From the NCBI GenBank assembly GCA_044356295.1, contig JBIKWN010000001.1:61434-125433 (forward strand): a stretch of 64,000 nt of DNA, in the 5' to 3' direction. Positions 20,793-31,350 of the stretch are shown in pieces. The notes under the pieces were generated by a model that was not told where the DNA came from, did not search any database, and saw only the letters and a program-made list of their open reading frames with translations. Both the position numbers and the translations under genes were made by a program. Origin of the DNA: Bdellovibrionota bacterium (GTDB taxonomy: Bacteria; Bdellovibrionota_C; UBA2361; JBIKWN01). Each line of letters begins with the position of its first letter. The stretch's first letter is position 1.

Positions 20793-23438
20793 CTACTGAA
20801 CTAACTCTAAAAACCGCTTCAGTCCTGCTTCAATCCCAGATAATTGAAGTCCACCTGCTTGTGCAAAATCAGCACGCCCTCCACCCTTTCCACCAGCAGC
20901 CATGGCAGCTTCTTTGATAAGGTTTCCTGCATGAACAGTTTTTACAAGATCCGAAGTGACTCCTGCAACAAGGATGGCTGAATCACCACTTTTTGCAGCA
21001 AGAGCTACAATGCCCGATCCAAGCTTTAATCGAAGTCTATCAACAAGCGTTTTTAAAGTTTCTATGTCTGTTTCTGGAACCATTTCAACAATTACTTTAA
21101 ATCCTTTGGAGGAAGTAATTGCATTGGTAGTTAGATCGCCAACGCTTGCTTGAGCTGCTTTTGTTTTTGAGCTTTCAAGCTCTTTCTCTAACAATTTAGT
21201 TCTTGCGATAAGTTTTTCAACACGGTCTTCGATAAGTCGCTCATCAGCTTTTAATGCCGCTGATAGTTTTCCTAGAATTGCTCTTCTGTCATTAAAGAAA
21301 TCAAGCGCTGCGCTCCCTGCAACACACTCAATTCTTCTTGTACCAGCAGAAATACCACTTTCAGAAAGAATAGAGATTAAACCAATATTTCCAGAATTAC
21401 CGACATGCGTTCCTCCGCAAAACTCAAGCGACCGATCTCCGATCTGTACAACGCGAACGGTAGAGCCATACTTTTCACCGAATAAAGCAGTTGCTCCAGT
21501 TTTCTTTGCCTCTTCTATATTCATAACTTTTGTTTCGACTGGAAAGGAATTTCTGAGATATTCATTTGCAAATGATTCTATCTCTGAAAGTGTTGCCGAT
21601 GTGACAGCTTCATAATGTGAATAATCAAAACGAAGACTTGATTCTGAAACTCGAGAGCCCGCTTGTTTTACGTGGTCTCCTAAATACTTTTTAAGAGCAG
21701 TGTGTATAACGTGTGTTGCTGAATGGTGAGCTCGGATTCGGCTTCTTCGGTCACTATCGACTGAAAGCGCTGCAACTTTTCCAATATAGCCACTTGAAAA
21801 GTGACCTTCTTTTATCTCTGCAGTATGAACTATAAATCCATCTTGGATTTTTTGAGTATCAATCACTTCTAGACGAAGATCTGAGAATACTATTTCACCA
21901 GTATCCCCAACTTGACCACCAGATTCAGCATAAAAAGGAGTTTCTTTAAAGCAGAGCTGAATAAGTGAGCCAACTCCTCCAGTACCTTCTGCTATCTCAG
22001 CAAACGTGAGTACAGATTCAGCAAAAAGATTTTCATATCCAATAAAGATAGATTTTTCACCTGATATTGTAGAGCCAGTATATTGAATTCCTTTTGATTT
22101 CCTATCCTCTCTTGAGCGAGTTTTTTGCTCATTCATTGCCTTGGTAAAAGCAGCACCATTAACTTTAAACCCATCAACTTTTAGTGCGTCCTCTGTTAAA
22201 TCAAGTGGAAATCCAAATGTATCATGTAATAAAAATGCAGTTTCTCCAGGAAAAAGGTCACCTTTTTTGAGTTTTTCAACTTCCTTTCGAAGCACTTCTA
22301 ATCCACCGCCAAGTGTTTCATGAAATTTTTTCTCTTCGCTTTCGACAACTTTTTTTATGAGCGATTCTCTTTCACGAAGTTCTGGATACGTATCGCCCAT
22401 GAGGCTAATAACTTCTGTGCATACAGAGGCTAGAAATGATTCTTTCAGATCTAAGCTTTGAGCATGACGAACAGCACGCCTTAGAATTCTGCGAAGAACA
22501 TATCCACGACCATCGCTACCTGGATTGACTCCATCTGCAATCAAAAAAGAAATTGTTCTACAGTGATCTGCAATGACACGCATTGCAACATCTCTTGCAT
22601 ATGGTTTATCTGTTTTTAGATCACGCACTTCATATGATGAGCCATCATAGGTAAAGCCTGAAAGTGATTCGACTTTTGAAATTAAAGAACGAAGTAAATC
22701 AGAATCATAATTTGATTTCTTACCTTGCATTACCGATGCAATTCTTTCTAGCCCCATTCCCGTATCAACAGAAGGTTTAGGAAGTGGTACAAGGGTTCCA
22801 TCGACAGAGCGATTAAACTGCATGAAGACAAGGTTCCAAATTTCAAGGTAGGAACCATCGTCTTTTAAAAACCCTTCTTTGCTTTGACTGGAAAGATCTT
22901 CCCCTAAGAAGTAATGAATCTCTGTGCATGGTCCACATGGTCCGGTGTCACCCATCGCCCAAAAATTATCTTTCGCACCTAGTTTTAAAATTCTTCCATC
23001 AAGGACTGATGTTTCTTTTTTCCAAAGCTCTCCGGCTTCGTCATCATCTTCAAAGATTGTTACCCAAAGTCTTTCCTTAGGAAGCTTTAAGTTTTCAGTT
23101 AAAAATTCCCAAGCAAAACGAATAGCTTCTTTTTTAAAATAATCACCAAAAGAGAAATTACCGAGCATTTCAAAAAATGTATGATGCCTTGCTGTAACTC
23201 CAATATTTTCTAAGTCATTGTGCTTACCAGAAACACGCATACACTTTTGACAGGTTGTGGCTCGAACATACTCTCTTTTTTCACCACCAAGAAAACAGTC
23301 CTTAAACTGATTCATCCCCGCATTAGAAAATAACAGAGTAGGATCGTTTGAGGGGACAAGTGATGAACTCCCTACAACCGTATGCTGTTTGGACTTAAAA
23401 AACTCAAGAAAACTCTTTCTAACTTCGCTGCCTTTCAT
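20793..23438 (-). CDS. alaS: Alanine--tRNA ligase
   Basis: Start 'MKGSEVRKSFLEFF' (the ORF track extends 72 codons upstream of this; that extension is rejected). Class II motifs and a C-terminal DHHA1 domain are present. 881 aa. Confidence 0.95.
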   Translation of the reverse strand: MKGSEVRKSFLEFFKSKQHTVVGSSSLVPSNDPTLLFSNAGMNQFKDCFLGGEKREYVRATTCQKCMRVSGKHNDLENIGVTARHHTFFEMLGNFSFGDYFKKEAIRFAWEFLTENLKLPKERLWVTIFEDDDEAGELWKKETSVLDGRILKLGAKDNFWAMGDTGPCGPCTEIHYFLGEDLSSQSKEGFLKDDGSYLEIWNLVFMQFNRSVDGTLVPLPKPSVDTGMGLERIASVMQGKKSNYDSDLLRSLISKVESLSGFTYDGSSYEVRDLKTDKPYARDVAMRVIADHCRTISFLIADGVNPGSDGRGYVLRRILRRAVRHAQSLDLKESFLASVCTEVISLMGDTYPELRERESLIKKVVESEEKKFHETLGGGLEVLRKEVEKLKKGDLFPGETAFLLHDTFGFPLDLTEDALKVDGFKVNGAAFTKAMNEQKTRSREDRKSKGIQYTGSTISGEKSIFIGYENLFAESVLTFAEIAEGTGGVGSLIQLCFKETPFYAESGGQVGDTGEIVFSDLRLEVIDTQKIQDGFIVHTAEIKEGHFSSGYIGKVAALSVDSDRRSRIRAHHSATHVIHTALKKYLGDHVKQAGSRVSESSLRFDYSHYEAVTSATLSEIESFANEYLRNSFPVETKVMNIEEAKKTGATALFGEKYGSTVRVVQIGDRSLEFCGGTHVGNSGNIGLISILSESGISAGTRRIECVAGSAALDFFNDRRAILGKLSAALKADERLIEDRVEKLIARTKLLEKELESSKTKAAQASVGDLTTNAITSSKGFKVIVEMVPETDIETLKTLVDRLRLKLGSGIVALAAKSGDSAILVAGVTSDLVKTVHAGNLIKEAAMAAGGKGGGRADFAQAGGLQLSGIEAGLKRFLELVQ

Positions 23439-23488
23439 AAACAGCCCATTATGCCCAGCTATTGTGATAGCTACAATTAAACAGTATA

Positions 23489-23508
23489 ATTCAAACGCCC
23501 GTTTGAAT
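23489..23508. promoter_or_regulatory. 20-bp palindrome 'ATTCAAACGCCCGTTTGAAT', a candidate TetR operator, overlapping a TATAAT -10 element at 23485-23490
   Basis: Read directly. It lies 13 bp upstream of the TetR-family gene start, in the alaS/TetR divergent intergenic region. Confidence 0.4.
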
Positions 23509-23520
23509 CGCTTGTTTAAT

Positions 23521-24153
23521 ATGAATGATGATATAAAAGATACCAGACTAAAGCTTTTAGAGATTGCGGGTGAAGTCTTTGCTGAAGAGGGATTTAGGCT
23601 CGCAACCGTTCGAGAAATCTGTAAACGTGCAAATACTAATATCGCTGCTATCAACTATCACTTCGGGGATAAAGAGAAGCTTTATGAGGAAGTTTTTCGA
23701 TATATTCATGCCTTTGAGTGTAGTTCACCTGAGCCAGAAAAAGAGCTCATCGATATCAATAAAGATCCCAAAGGTGCTCTTAATCAGTTTATAGACGAGA
23801 TGCTTTGTCGAATGCTCAATCCTGGAAAGTTTTCTTGGAAAGGAACACTTATGGCGAGAGAGATGGTTGAGCCGTCCCCAGCGCTAGACGTTATCATTGA
23901 GCTTTGGATTAATCCTTGTTGGAATCGACTAAAAGAAATCACTTCTTCAATTATTAATAAACCAATAACTTCTCATGAAAATCATATCGCTGCATCCTCT
24001 GTCATGGCTCAGTGTTTTTTTCATAAACATGCAACTGCAGTGCTTACAAAAGTAAATTCAGAGTTTGTATACAATCCTGAGCAGATCGATCTGCTTTCAA
24101 AATATCTTTCCGCTTTTGCTTTCGGGGGCCTCGAAGCCGTTAAAAACCTATGA
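23521..24153 (+). CDS. TetR/AcrR-family transcriptional regulator
   Basis: N-terminal HTH 'RLATVREICKRANTNIAAINYHFGDKEKLY'. Start taken at 'MNDDIKD' (23521). 210 aa. It precedes the efflux genes. Confidence 0.8.
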   Translation: MNDDIKDTRLKLLEIAGEVFAEEGFRLATVREICKRANTNIAAINYHFGDKEKLYEEVFRYIHAFECSSPEPEKELIDINKDPKGALNQFIDEMLCRMLNPGKFSWKGTLMAREMVEPSPALDVIIELWINPCWNRLKEITSSIINKPITSHENHIAASSVMAQCFFHKHATAVLTKVNSEFVYNPEQIDLLSKYLSAFAFGGLEAVKNL

Positions 24154-25313
24154 TGCATATTGCAATCAAAATGCTCGTAGGGAACCGAGGAAAGTACTTC
24201 GGCATGGTCTTTGGTGTATTCCTCTCTGCAATGATTATTACCCAGCAATCATCAATCTTCACAGGACTTATGTCTCGAACCTTTGGGTTTTTAGTAGATA
24301 CAAAATATCCAGATATCTGGGTGATGGATCCAATGGCTCAGTATGTAGATGATTTCAAGCCTATGACTGATACAAAACTGCTTCAGGTTCGAGGAATTGA
24401 AGGTGTTGCGTGGGCAGTACCACTCTATAAAGGATTATTAAGAGCAAGACTAGAGGATGGAAGTTTTCAACAAACAAATGTTATTGGTCTCGATGATGCT
24501 TCATTAACAGGAGCACCACCTATCATGCTTCAAGGTAATGTTTCAGATCTTAGAAGATCAGATGGAATCATTATTGATGAAGCAGGTAATCAAAAAAGAT
24601 TTGCAAAAAAAAACCCAATACCAGGTGGCCCTAAAATCCCACTAAAGATTGGCGATACTTTAGAAATCAACGATAAACGTGGAGTCGTTGTTGGTATCAC
24701 AAAAGTCCAAAGGACGTTTCAAACTAATCCTGTCATTTATACTACCTACACGCGTGCTTTGAGCTTTGCTCCGAAAGAAAGAAAGTCATTAACTTATATT
24801 TTGGTTAAGGTAAAAAAAGGACAAGACCTAAACGAAGTAGCAAACAGAATAACAAAACTTACCAAACTTAAAGCTGTTACAAACGACGTATTTGCTGATT
24901 CAACAGTACAATATTTTTTAAAAAATACTGGGATTCCAATTAACTTCGGCATTGCAGTTATTCTTGGGCTTATTATCGGCACTGCAATCTGCGGGCAAAC
25001 ATTTTATAGCTTTACCCTAGATAATGTTCGCTATTTTGGAGCCCTCAAAGCGATGGGTGCTTCGAATTTCGTTTTACTAAAAATGATTTTTCTTCAAGCA
25101 ATCATTGTTGGATGTATTGGATACGGCGCAGGAACAGGAGTTGCATCACTTTTTTATTATCTCTCAAAGAATAGCGAACTTGCATTTAGATTAACCTGGC
25201 AAATACTCGCTATCACTGGATGTGCCGTAACGTTTACCTGTCTTGTTGCAGCTCTTCTTTCGATGCTCAAAGTATTTTTTCTTGAACCGGCTATCGTGTT
25301 TAAGGGGGAATAA
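24150..25313 (+). CDS. ABC transporter permease, DevC/FtsX-like (MacB-type fold)
   Basis: 387 aa with an N-terminal transmembrane helix, a large periplasmic domain and a C-terminal 3-TM FtsX domain. It is followed by a cognate ATPase and a HlyD-family adaptor. Confidence 0.7.
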   Translation: MMHIAIKMLVGNRGKYFGMVFGVFLSAMIITQQSSIFTGLMSRTFGFLVDTKYPDIWVMDPMAQYVDDFKPMTDTKLLQVRGIEGVAWAVPLYKGLLRARLEDGSFQQTNVIGLDDASLTGAPPIMLQGNVSDLRRSDGIIIDEAGNQKRFAKKNPIPGGPKIPLKIGDTLEINDKRGVVVGITKVQRTFQTNPVIYTTYTRALSFAPKERKSLTYILVKVKKGQDLNEVANRITKLTKLKAVTNDVFADSTVQYFLKNTGIPINFGIAVILGLIIGTAICGQTFYSFTLDNVRYFGALKAMGASNFVLLKMIFLQAIIVGCIGYGAGTGVASLFYYLSKNSELAFRLTWQILAITGCAVTFTCLVAALLSMLKVFFLEPAIVFKGE

Positions 25314-25314
25314 C

Positions 25315-26013
25315 ATGGCGGCAATTTCATGCAGGAATATCGTAAAAAATTATGTATCAGGACAAACGATAACTCCTGCACTCCAGGGAATAGATCTTGA
25401 TATCAATGCAGGTGAGCTTTTCATGTTAGTTGGTCCTTCCGGATGTGGAAAAACAACACTGATATCAGTTATTGCAGGAATTTTAATGCAAGATTCCGGC
25501 GAATGTATGGTGCTTGGAAAAAATTTTAAAGAGATGAAAGACAGTGCAAGAACACACTTCCGTGGCGCTTCAATCGGATTTGTTTTTCAATCATTTAATC
25601 TTATCCCAACCCTTAATGCCCTTGAAAATGTATCAATCCCGCTTCTTTTATTAGGGGCAAGCAGAAAAACAGCAGAAGAAGCGGCTGCTAATATTCTTTC
25701 AAGAGTTGGGCTCTCTGGTCGAGAACGCTCACGACCTTCGCAGTTATCAGGTGGGCAACAGCAGCGTGTGGCAATTGCAAGAGCACTTGTTCATGATCCA
25801 AAAGTTATCGTCTGTGATGAGCCTACAAGCGCACTCGATAAAGATTCAGGTCACAGAATTATGGAACTTTTTAGAGATGTTGCACTAAAAGACAACAGAA
25901 CTCTTGTTATTGTTACACATGACAACAGAATTTTTTCATTTGCAGATCGCATTGCGTCTATGAGTGATGGAAAAATAGAACAGGTTACATCTGAGGTAAA
26001 TAATCTCCATTAA
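25315..26013 (+). CDS. ABC transporter ATP-binding protein (DevA/LolD-like)
   Basis: Walker A 'GPSGCGKTT', signature 'LSGGQQQRVAIARAL', Walker B 'VIVCDEPTSALD'. RBS 'AAGGGGGAATAACATG'. Confidence 0.85.
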   Translation: MAAISCRNIVKNYVSGQTITPALQGIDLDINAGELFMLVGPSGCGKTTLISVIAGILMQDSGECMVLGKNFKEMKDSARTHFRGASIGFVFQSFNLIPTLNALENVSIPLLLLGASRKTAEEAAANILSRVGLSGRERSRPSQLSGGQQQRVAIARALVHDPKVIVCDEPTSALDKDSGHRIMELFRDVALKDNRTLVIVTHDNRIFSFADRIASMSDGKIEQVTSEVNNLH

Positions 26014-26022
26014 TAAAAATTT

Positions 26023-26970
26023 ATGAATACTATTCCAATGACAATTATATCGTTCTTAAAAAAAGGGGCTCAACTTCTAGGAACCTACCTCATTCCAGTT
26101 ATTGCTGTGATTGGTTTCCTTACAGCACTTTCAGTAGTTCGTGCAGGAAATCAACCACCTCCAACGTCTGCTCCAGTTATTGAACCTGCAATTGCTCCCT
26201 TTGAATATTACGTTGCCGGTGCAGGGCTTGTTGAATCGAGTGGAGAAAATATTGCAATTTCGGCACAGGTTCCAGGTGTTATAGAAAATATTTTTGTATC
26301 AGTTGGACAAAAAGTAATAAAAGATGAGCCTCTTTTTCAGATCGATACCAAAGCAGCAAAAGCGCTTGTTGAAACACGTTTAGCATCTGTAGAAGTTTCA
26401 AAAGCCCAGAGTACTGACGCGAAGAATCAGCTTGATTTCATCACATCACTTTCCGATAAAAGAGCCGTTAGCGTTGAAGAACTTACAAAAAGAAAAAACG
26501 CTTTTTTCATATCGCAAGCAAAACTTCAGTTAGCAGAAAAAGAGCTCGAAGCTGCAAAGACCGATCTTGAAAGACTAATAGTTCGCGCCCCAAGAGACGG
26601 AACAGCGCTTCGAATCAATACTAGACCGGGTGAATTTGCTGCTGCACAAAATATGGCAGCCCCGTTATTAATATTTGGAAATATCGAACAACTCTGGGTG
26701 CGTGTTGATATCGATGAAAACGATGCATGGCGTGTAAAGGAAAATGCAAAAGCAGTGGGAAGCCTCCGCGGCAATGCTTCCATGAAAACGAATCTTGAGT
26801 TTGTCCGATTTGAACCCTATGTCATTCCCAAAAAATCACTTACCGGTGATAATTCAGAGCGCGTTGATACAAGGGTCCTTCAGGTGATCTATTCTTTTAA
26901 CCCAAAGACATTACCTGTGTTTGTCGGACAACTTATGGATATTTATATTGAAGGTGAAAGAAATGGTTAA
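26023..26970 (+). CDS. HlyD/DevB-family periplasmic adaptor
   Basis: N-terminal transmembrane anchor and a coiled-coil region. 315 aa. It sits between the ABC ATPase and the outer-membrane factor. Confidence 0.7.
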   Translation: MNTIPMTIISFLKKGAQLLGTYLIPVIAVIGFLTALSVVRAGNQPPPTSAPVIEPAIAPFEYYVAGAGLVESSGENIAISAQVPGVIENIFVSVGQKVIKDEPLFQIDTKAAKALVETRLASVEVSKAQSTDAKNQLDFITSLSDKRAVSVEELTKRKNAFFISQAKLQLAEKELEAAKTDLERLIVRAPRDGTALRINTRPGEFAAAQNMAAPLLIFGNIEQLWVRVDIDENDAWRVKENAKAVGSLRGNASMKTNLEFVRFEPYVIPKKSLTGDNSERVDTRVLQVIYSFNPKTLPVFVGQLMDIYIEGERNG

Positions 26971-28444
26971 TTTTCAAAATTCAACAAAAAAACTCTCAAG
27001 CATTGTATTAATCGCAATATTTAGTGGATGTAGTCTTATTCCTTCAGTAGGTCCTGACTATGAGCGTCCAGCTGATCCAACAGTTGCAGGCTGGATTCTA
27101 GATGAAAATGGTCAGAAGCTTTTTTCCACAAGCATGGACAGCAGAGCAGCGTGGTGGAAAAAATTTAACGATCCTGTACTTGATGACATTGTTAAAAAAG
27201 CAATTGATAAAAATCTTAATTTACAAATTGCTCAATCAAGACTTCAGCAAGCGCGTGCTGGCGAGTACGGTGCTCTGTCAGCTTTTCTTCCGACAGTTGA
27301 TGGAATATACGGTATGAATCGCCAGATTCAATCTCAAAGAACCCCCTTTGGACAGTTTATTCCTAATATTATTAACCAATATCAATTAGGTGGAGACGCT
27401 GCATGGGAGATCGATATATTTGGTGGAAACCGCAGAGGTCTTGAAGCAGCAGAAAGCATTACTGAAGCTGCCGAAGCAGGTCTTGACGATACTGGTGTCA
27501 CCATTGCATCAGAAGTTGCAAAAAACTATTTAGAGTACCGCGCATTTTCAAGAAGAGTCTTGATTGCCGAGAGCAATAAAAGAACACAGCTTAGCTCGTT
27601 AGATCTTGTTCAAGCTAAATTTGATGCAGGAGTTGTCAGTGAGCTAGACCTTCAACAACAAAAATCACAGCTTGAAACTACGTCATCATTTATTCCTGCT
27701 CTTGTCGCCGCTCGTGAACAACGTCTGTATAGAGTCGCTGTTTTGCTAGGAGAAATTCCTCAAAGTTTCTCTATCACTGATGATGCCAAAAAGAATGATC
27801 CATTTACTTTTAGAGATGTTGTATCAGTATCTCTTCCAGCTGAGTACCTTCGGGTACGCCCTGATGTTCGAGTTGCTGAACGTCAACTTGCAGCTCAAAC
27901 AGCAGAAATTGGTGTTGCGATTGCCGACATATTTCCTAAGGTAAATATTCTAGCAGGGATAGGTGTACAATCTATCGATTCAAGTAAACTAACAGAAAGA
28001 GCAAGTAAGTATTGGTCGTTTAATCCAAGCGTTTCTATTCCAATTTTTCAACCAGGAAGAATCTTTGGTGCTATTAAAAATGCCAGAGCTAAAGCTGAAG
28101 AAGCATTAAAGAATTACGAAGTAACTGTATTAACTGCACTTGAAGACGGTCAAAACTCACTCAACGGTTATAAATATGGACTTGATAGAATTAGTAATCT
28201 TGAAGGTGCATACAATGCTAGTAAACGAGCCCTAGAAATTTCGCAAGATTTGTATGCTCAGGGGCTTATTGATTTTCAACGAATTCTCGAATCACAAAGA
28301 CAGGTATTTAGTGCAGAAGATAGCCTACTTCAAGGGCAGCTCGACACCTATCTTTCGGCAATTGCTGTTTACAAAGCTTTTGCAGGCGGACTTCCAAATG
28401 AAGAAGCAGTAGATTCTGAAAAAAAACCTAACGAAAGTGTTTAA
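26963..28444 (+). CDS. Outer-membrane efflux lipoprotein (TolC/NodT family outer-membrane factor)
   Basis: Start at 'MVNFQN...IFSGCS' (lipobox). It contains the duplicated TolC-type repeat pattern. 493 aa. Confidence 0.8.
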   Translation: MVNFQNSTKKLSSIVLIAIFSGCSLIPSVGPDYERPADPTVAGWILDENGQKLFSTSMDSRAAWWKKFNDPVLDDIVKKAIDKNLNLQIAQSRLQQARAGEYGALSAFLPTVDGIYGMNRQIQSQRTPFGQFIPNIINQYQLGGDAAWEIDIFGGNRRGLEAAESITEAAEAGLDDTGVTIASEVAKNYLEYRAFSRRVLIAESNKRTQLSSLDLVQAKFDAGVVSELDLQQQKSQLETTSSFIPALVAAREQRLYRVAVLLGEIPQSFSITDDAKKNDPFTFRDVVSVSLPAEYLRVRPDVRVAERQLAAQTAEIGVAIADIFPKVNILAGIGVQSIDSSKLTERASKYWSFNPSVSIPIFQPGRIFGAIKNARAKAEEALKNYEVTVLTALEDGQNSLNGYKYGLDRISNLEGAYNASKRALEISQDLYAQGLIDFQRILESQRQVFSAEDSLLQGQLDTYLSAIAVYKAFAGGLPNEEAVDSEKKPNESV

Positions 28445-28461
28445 TTAGTAGTTTTTACATT

Positions 28462-29457
28462 ATGAAAAAACCAACACTTAAAGTTCAAATTCTTTTTTTA
28501 TTAGTCTCTATAGCAGTAACTGGCTGCACAAAGAGTGCGCCAGTTCTTACAAAGAAAGCAGAGAGAAAAAGTATTGAAGAAGTCATTACAGGTGTAAATT
28601 CTGGAACAGTCCTAGCAGAGCAAGACACAGAACTTGCATTTGGGTCAGTCGGCAGAGTATCTGCACTTCATATTTCTTTAGGAGATACAGTTAAAAAAGG
28701 GGATGTGTTAGCTGAACTTGAAAATGACGACCTTAAAACAACTCTTTCAGTCGCATTAAAAGAAGAATCAAGACAAAACAGCTTAAAAGATATTAAAGCT
28801 GTAAGCTCATCAGAGATAGATAAAGCCAGACAAGTAAGAAGCCTTGCAACGGTGGCACTTGAAAAAACTTTTATACGAGCTCCCTTTGACGGATTTATTG
28901 CAGAGCTTAATTTAGAAGTAGGTCAGTTAGCCCAAATTACAGCCGTACTTCCAAAGCCCCCTATTCGATTAGTTGATACAACAACTCGGTACATAAAAGT
29001 TCAATTCGATGAGATAGACCTTGTAAAAATAAAAGAGGGGACTCGTGCACGAATTAAACTTCTGGCTTCTCGAAGCGAACCTTTTGAAGGTGTTGTTCGA
29101 AGGGTTATCCCCTATATTAGCTCCATAAAAGAGCAAGATAGGACTGCTGAAATAGAGGTTACAATCAATGCATCAACGCTTCTTCCCGTTGGGGCTTCTG
29201 CTGATGTAGAGCTTATTCTTAACAAAAAAGAGGGTGCATTAGTTGTTCCAACAAAATCAGTGCTTGGTAATTCAACAGGACGGTTCCTCTATCTTTTTAA
29301 AGATAATAAGGCAATCAAAACGAGTATTAAAGCCGGCATTACAAACTTTGATCAAATTGAAGTTCTAGAAGGAATAGGCGAGCAAGATCTTGTGATTGTA
29401 CCTGATGACAAGAATGCGATTAAAGATGGGCAATCTGTCACGATAAGAGAATCGTAA
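28462..29457 (+). CDS. Efflux adaptor lipoprotein (MacA-like membrane fusion protein)
   Basis: Lipoprotein signal 'LVSIAVTGCTKS' plus MFP beta-barrel motifs. 331 aa. Confidence 0.75.
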   Translation: MKKPTLKVQILFLLVSIAVTGCTKSAPVLTKKAERKSIEEVITGVNSGTVLAEQDTELAFGSVGRVSALHISLGDTVKKGDVLAELENDDLKTTLSVALKEESRQNSLKDIKAVSSSEIDKARQVRSLATVALEKTFIRAPFDGFIAELNLEVGQLAQITAVLPKPPIRLVDTTTRYIKVQFDEIDLVKIKEGTRARIKLLASRSEPFEGVVRRVIPYISSIKEQDRTAEIEVTINASTLLPVGASADVELILNKKEGALVVPTKSVLGNSTGRFLYLFKDNKAIKTSIKAGITNFDQIEVLEGIGEQDLVIVPDDKNAIKDGQSVTIRES

Positions 29458-30134
29458 TGACAACGGTTCTTTCTTTATCAAATATTTCAAAAGTATTTAA
29501 AAGAGGAGATGAGGAAGTACGTGCTCTCTCTGATATTTCTTTTTTAGTAGAAAACAAAGAATTTATTTCAATTACTGGCTCTTCAGGAAGTGGTAAATCG
29601 ACTCTACTTTATTTGCTTGGGCTTCTCGATTCACCAACAAGCGGAAATTACTTACTCGACGGCATCAATGTTTCAACCCTTGATGATAAAGCTCGAACAA
29701 TTGTAAGAAATAAGAAGATAGGCTTTATTTTTCAAAGTTTTTTTCTGCTTCCAAGATATTCAGCCATAGAGAATGTCGCCCTTCCACTCCAGTATTCTAC
29801 TGATGCTCTTTCAAAAAAAGAGATATTTGAAAGAGCAAAAGAAAAACTCGTTGAAGTAGGGCTTGAAAATAGAATGTATCACCTACCTAATCAGCTCTCA
29901 GGTGGTCAAAGACAACGTGTCGCAATTGCAAGAGCACTTATCAATGAACCGACAATTCTTTTAGCAGATGAGCCCACTGGAAATCTTGATTCAAAAACTG
30001 GGGAAGATATTTTAAATCTATTTTTTGAGCTCAATTCGCATGGCTCAACAATTATGTTAGTTACACATGATACAGCGATTGCCAACCGTACTGGTCGTAT
30101 CATCCAATTAAGAGATGGAAGGATTCAGGTATGA
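29457..30134 (+). CDS. ABC transporter ATP-binding protein (MacB/LolD-type)
   Basis: Walker A 'GSSGSGKST', signature 'LSGGQRQRVAIARAL', Walker B 'ILLADEPTGNLD'. Confidence 0.85.
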   Translation: MTTVLSLSNISKVFKRGDEEVRALSDISFLVENKEFISITGSSGSGKSTLLYLLGLLDSPTSGNYLLDGINVSTLDDKARTIVRNKKIGFIFQSFFLLPRYSAIENVALPLQYSTDALSKKEIFERAKEKLVEVGLENRMYHLPNQLSGGQRQRVAIARALINEPTILLADEPTGNLDSKTGEDILNLFFELNSHGSTIMLVTHDTAIANRTGRIIQLRDGRIQV

Positions 30135-31339
30135 AGCTTTCCGATGTTTTCAATAATTGCTACCGATCGCTTTCTGCCCACAAACTGAGAACAATCCTTA
30201 CTATCTTAGGAATGGTTATCGGTGTTTTTGCAGTCGTAACACTGGTATCAGTCGGACAGGGTGCGAAACGATTTGTTCTTTCTACATTTGAATCATTAGG
30301 AACAAACGTCATTATCATTCAACCAGGAAAATCAGATACAAGAAGCAAACTAGGCCCCCCAGTTGGATCAGCAAAAAGAAAGATGACCCTTGCAGATGTT
30401 ACAGCGCTGCAGAAAAAAACTTTTCACCTTGATGCAGTCAGTGGACTTCTTTTAGGCTCTGCTTCAATTTCACAAGAAGAGTATCAAGCCAATATTAGTG
30501 TTTTTGGGTGCGCGGAATCCTTTATTAATATTATCAACATTCAAATTGATGACGGACGTTTTTTTACAAAAGAAGAAGACGAATCAGGCAGGCGCTTTGT
30601 TATATTAGGAGCAATTATAAAAGAAAAACTTTTTGGAAAAGATCCTGCTCTTGGAAAATCAATAAAATTAAATCAAACAGAATTTAAAGTTATAGGTGTT
30701 GCAAAATCAGCAGGTGATAAACTTGGATTTAACATTGATGAGTTTGCTTTTATTCCAACCTCTACTTCGATGCGGCTTTTTAATGACGATAAATTATTCG
30801 GTATTCGTGCAAAATCTTCTTCGCGAGTTTCGATTGATACTGCTGTTGATGAGATAAAAGAAGTACTCAAAGAGCGCAGAAACGGTGAAGAAGATTTCAC
30901 TGTTGTTACCCAAGTTGCAATTATGGATTCTCTTGAAGGCATTTTAGGAATGCTTAGTTATGTTCTAGGAGCTATTGCTTCAATTTCAATGCTTGTAGGA
31001 GGGATTGGAATCATGAATATTACACTAGTCAGTGTTTCTGAACGTACACAAGAAATTGGAATAAGAAGGGCTCTTGGGGCAAGTCAAAAAAATATCCTTT
31101 TTCAATTTCTTTTAGAGAGCTTACTGTTAAGTGTGCTTAGTGGAATTATAGGAATATTAGCGTCTCTTGTATTGAGTAGTGGGTTATACCTATTTTTTCC
31201 TTCATTTGATATGAGCCCTCCTTCCTGGATTTATCTTCCAGCATTTTCACTCTCTGTAATTATTGGAGGGTTGTTTGGTGTTCTGCCTGCGGTGAAAGCT
31301 TCTCGTATTGAGATTCTTGATGCGCTTCGGCATGAGTAG
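30131..31339 (+). CDS. ABC transporter permease (FtsX/MacB-type)
   Basis: 402 aa with MacB periplasmic-domain architecture and a C-terminal FtsX 4-TM bundle. Its start overlaps the ATPase stop. Confidence 0.85.
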   Translation: MKLSDVFNNCYRSLSAHKLRTILTILGMVIGVFAVVTLVSVGQGAKRFVLSTFESLGTNVIIIQPGKSDTRSKLGPPVGSAKRKMTLADVTALQKKTFHLDAVSGLLLGSASISQEEYQANISVFGCAESFINIINIQIDDGRFFTKEEDESGRRFVILGAIIKEKLFGKDPALGKSIKLNQTEFKVIGVAKSAGDKLGFNIDEFAFIPTSTSMRLFNDDKLFGIRAKSSSRVSIDTAVDEIKEVLKERRNGEEDFTVVTQVAIMDSLEGILGMLSYVLGAIASISMLVGGIGIMNITLVSVSERTQEIGIRRALGASQKNILFQFLLESLLLSVLSGIIGILASLVLSSGLYLFFPSFDMSPPSWIYLPAFSLSVIIGGLFGVLPAVKASRIEILDALRHE

Positions 31340-31350
31340 ATGTATGCACC

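Noticed and set aside
23439-23654. A 72-codon 5' extension of alaS (the ORF-track start at 23654), and an upstream extension of the TetR ORF to 23389.
   Set aside because: The conserved AlaS N-terminus begins at MKGSEV (23438). The extensions would overlap the divergent promoter and operator region.
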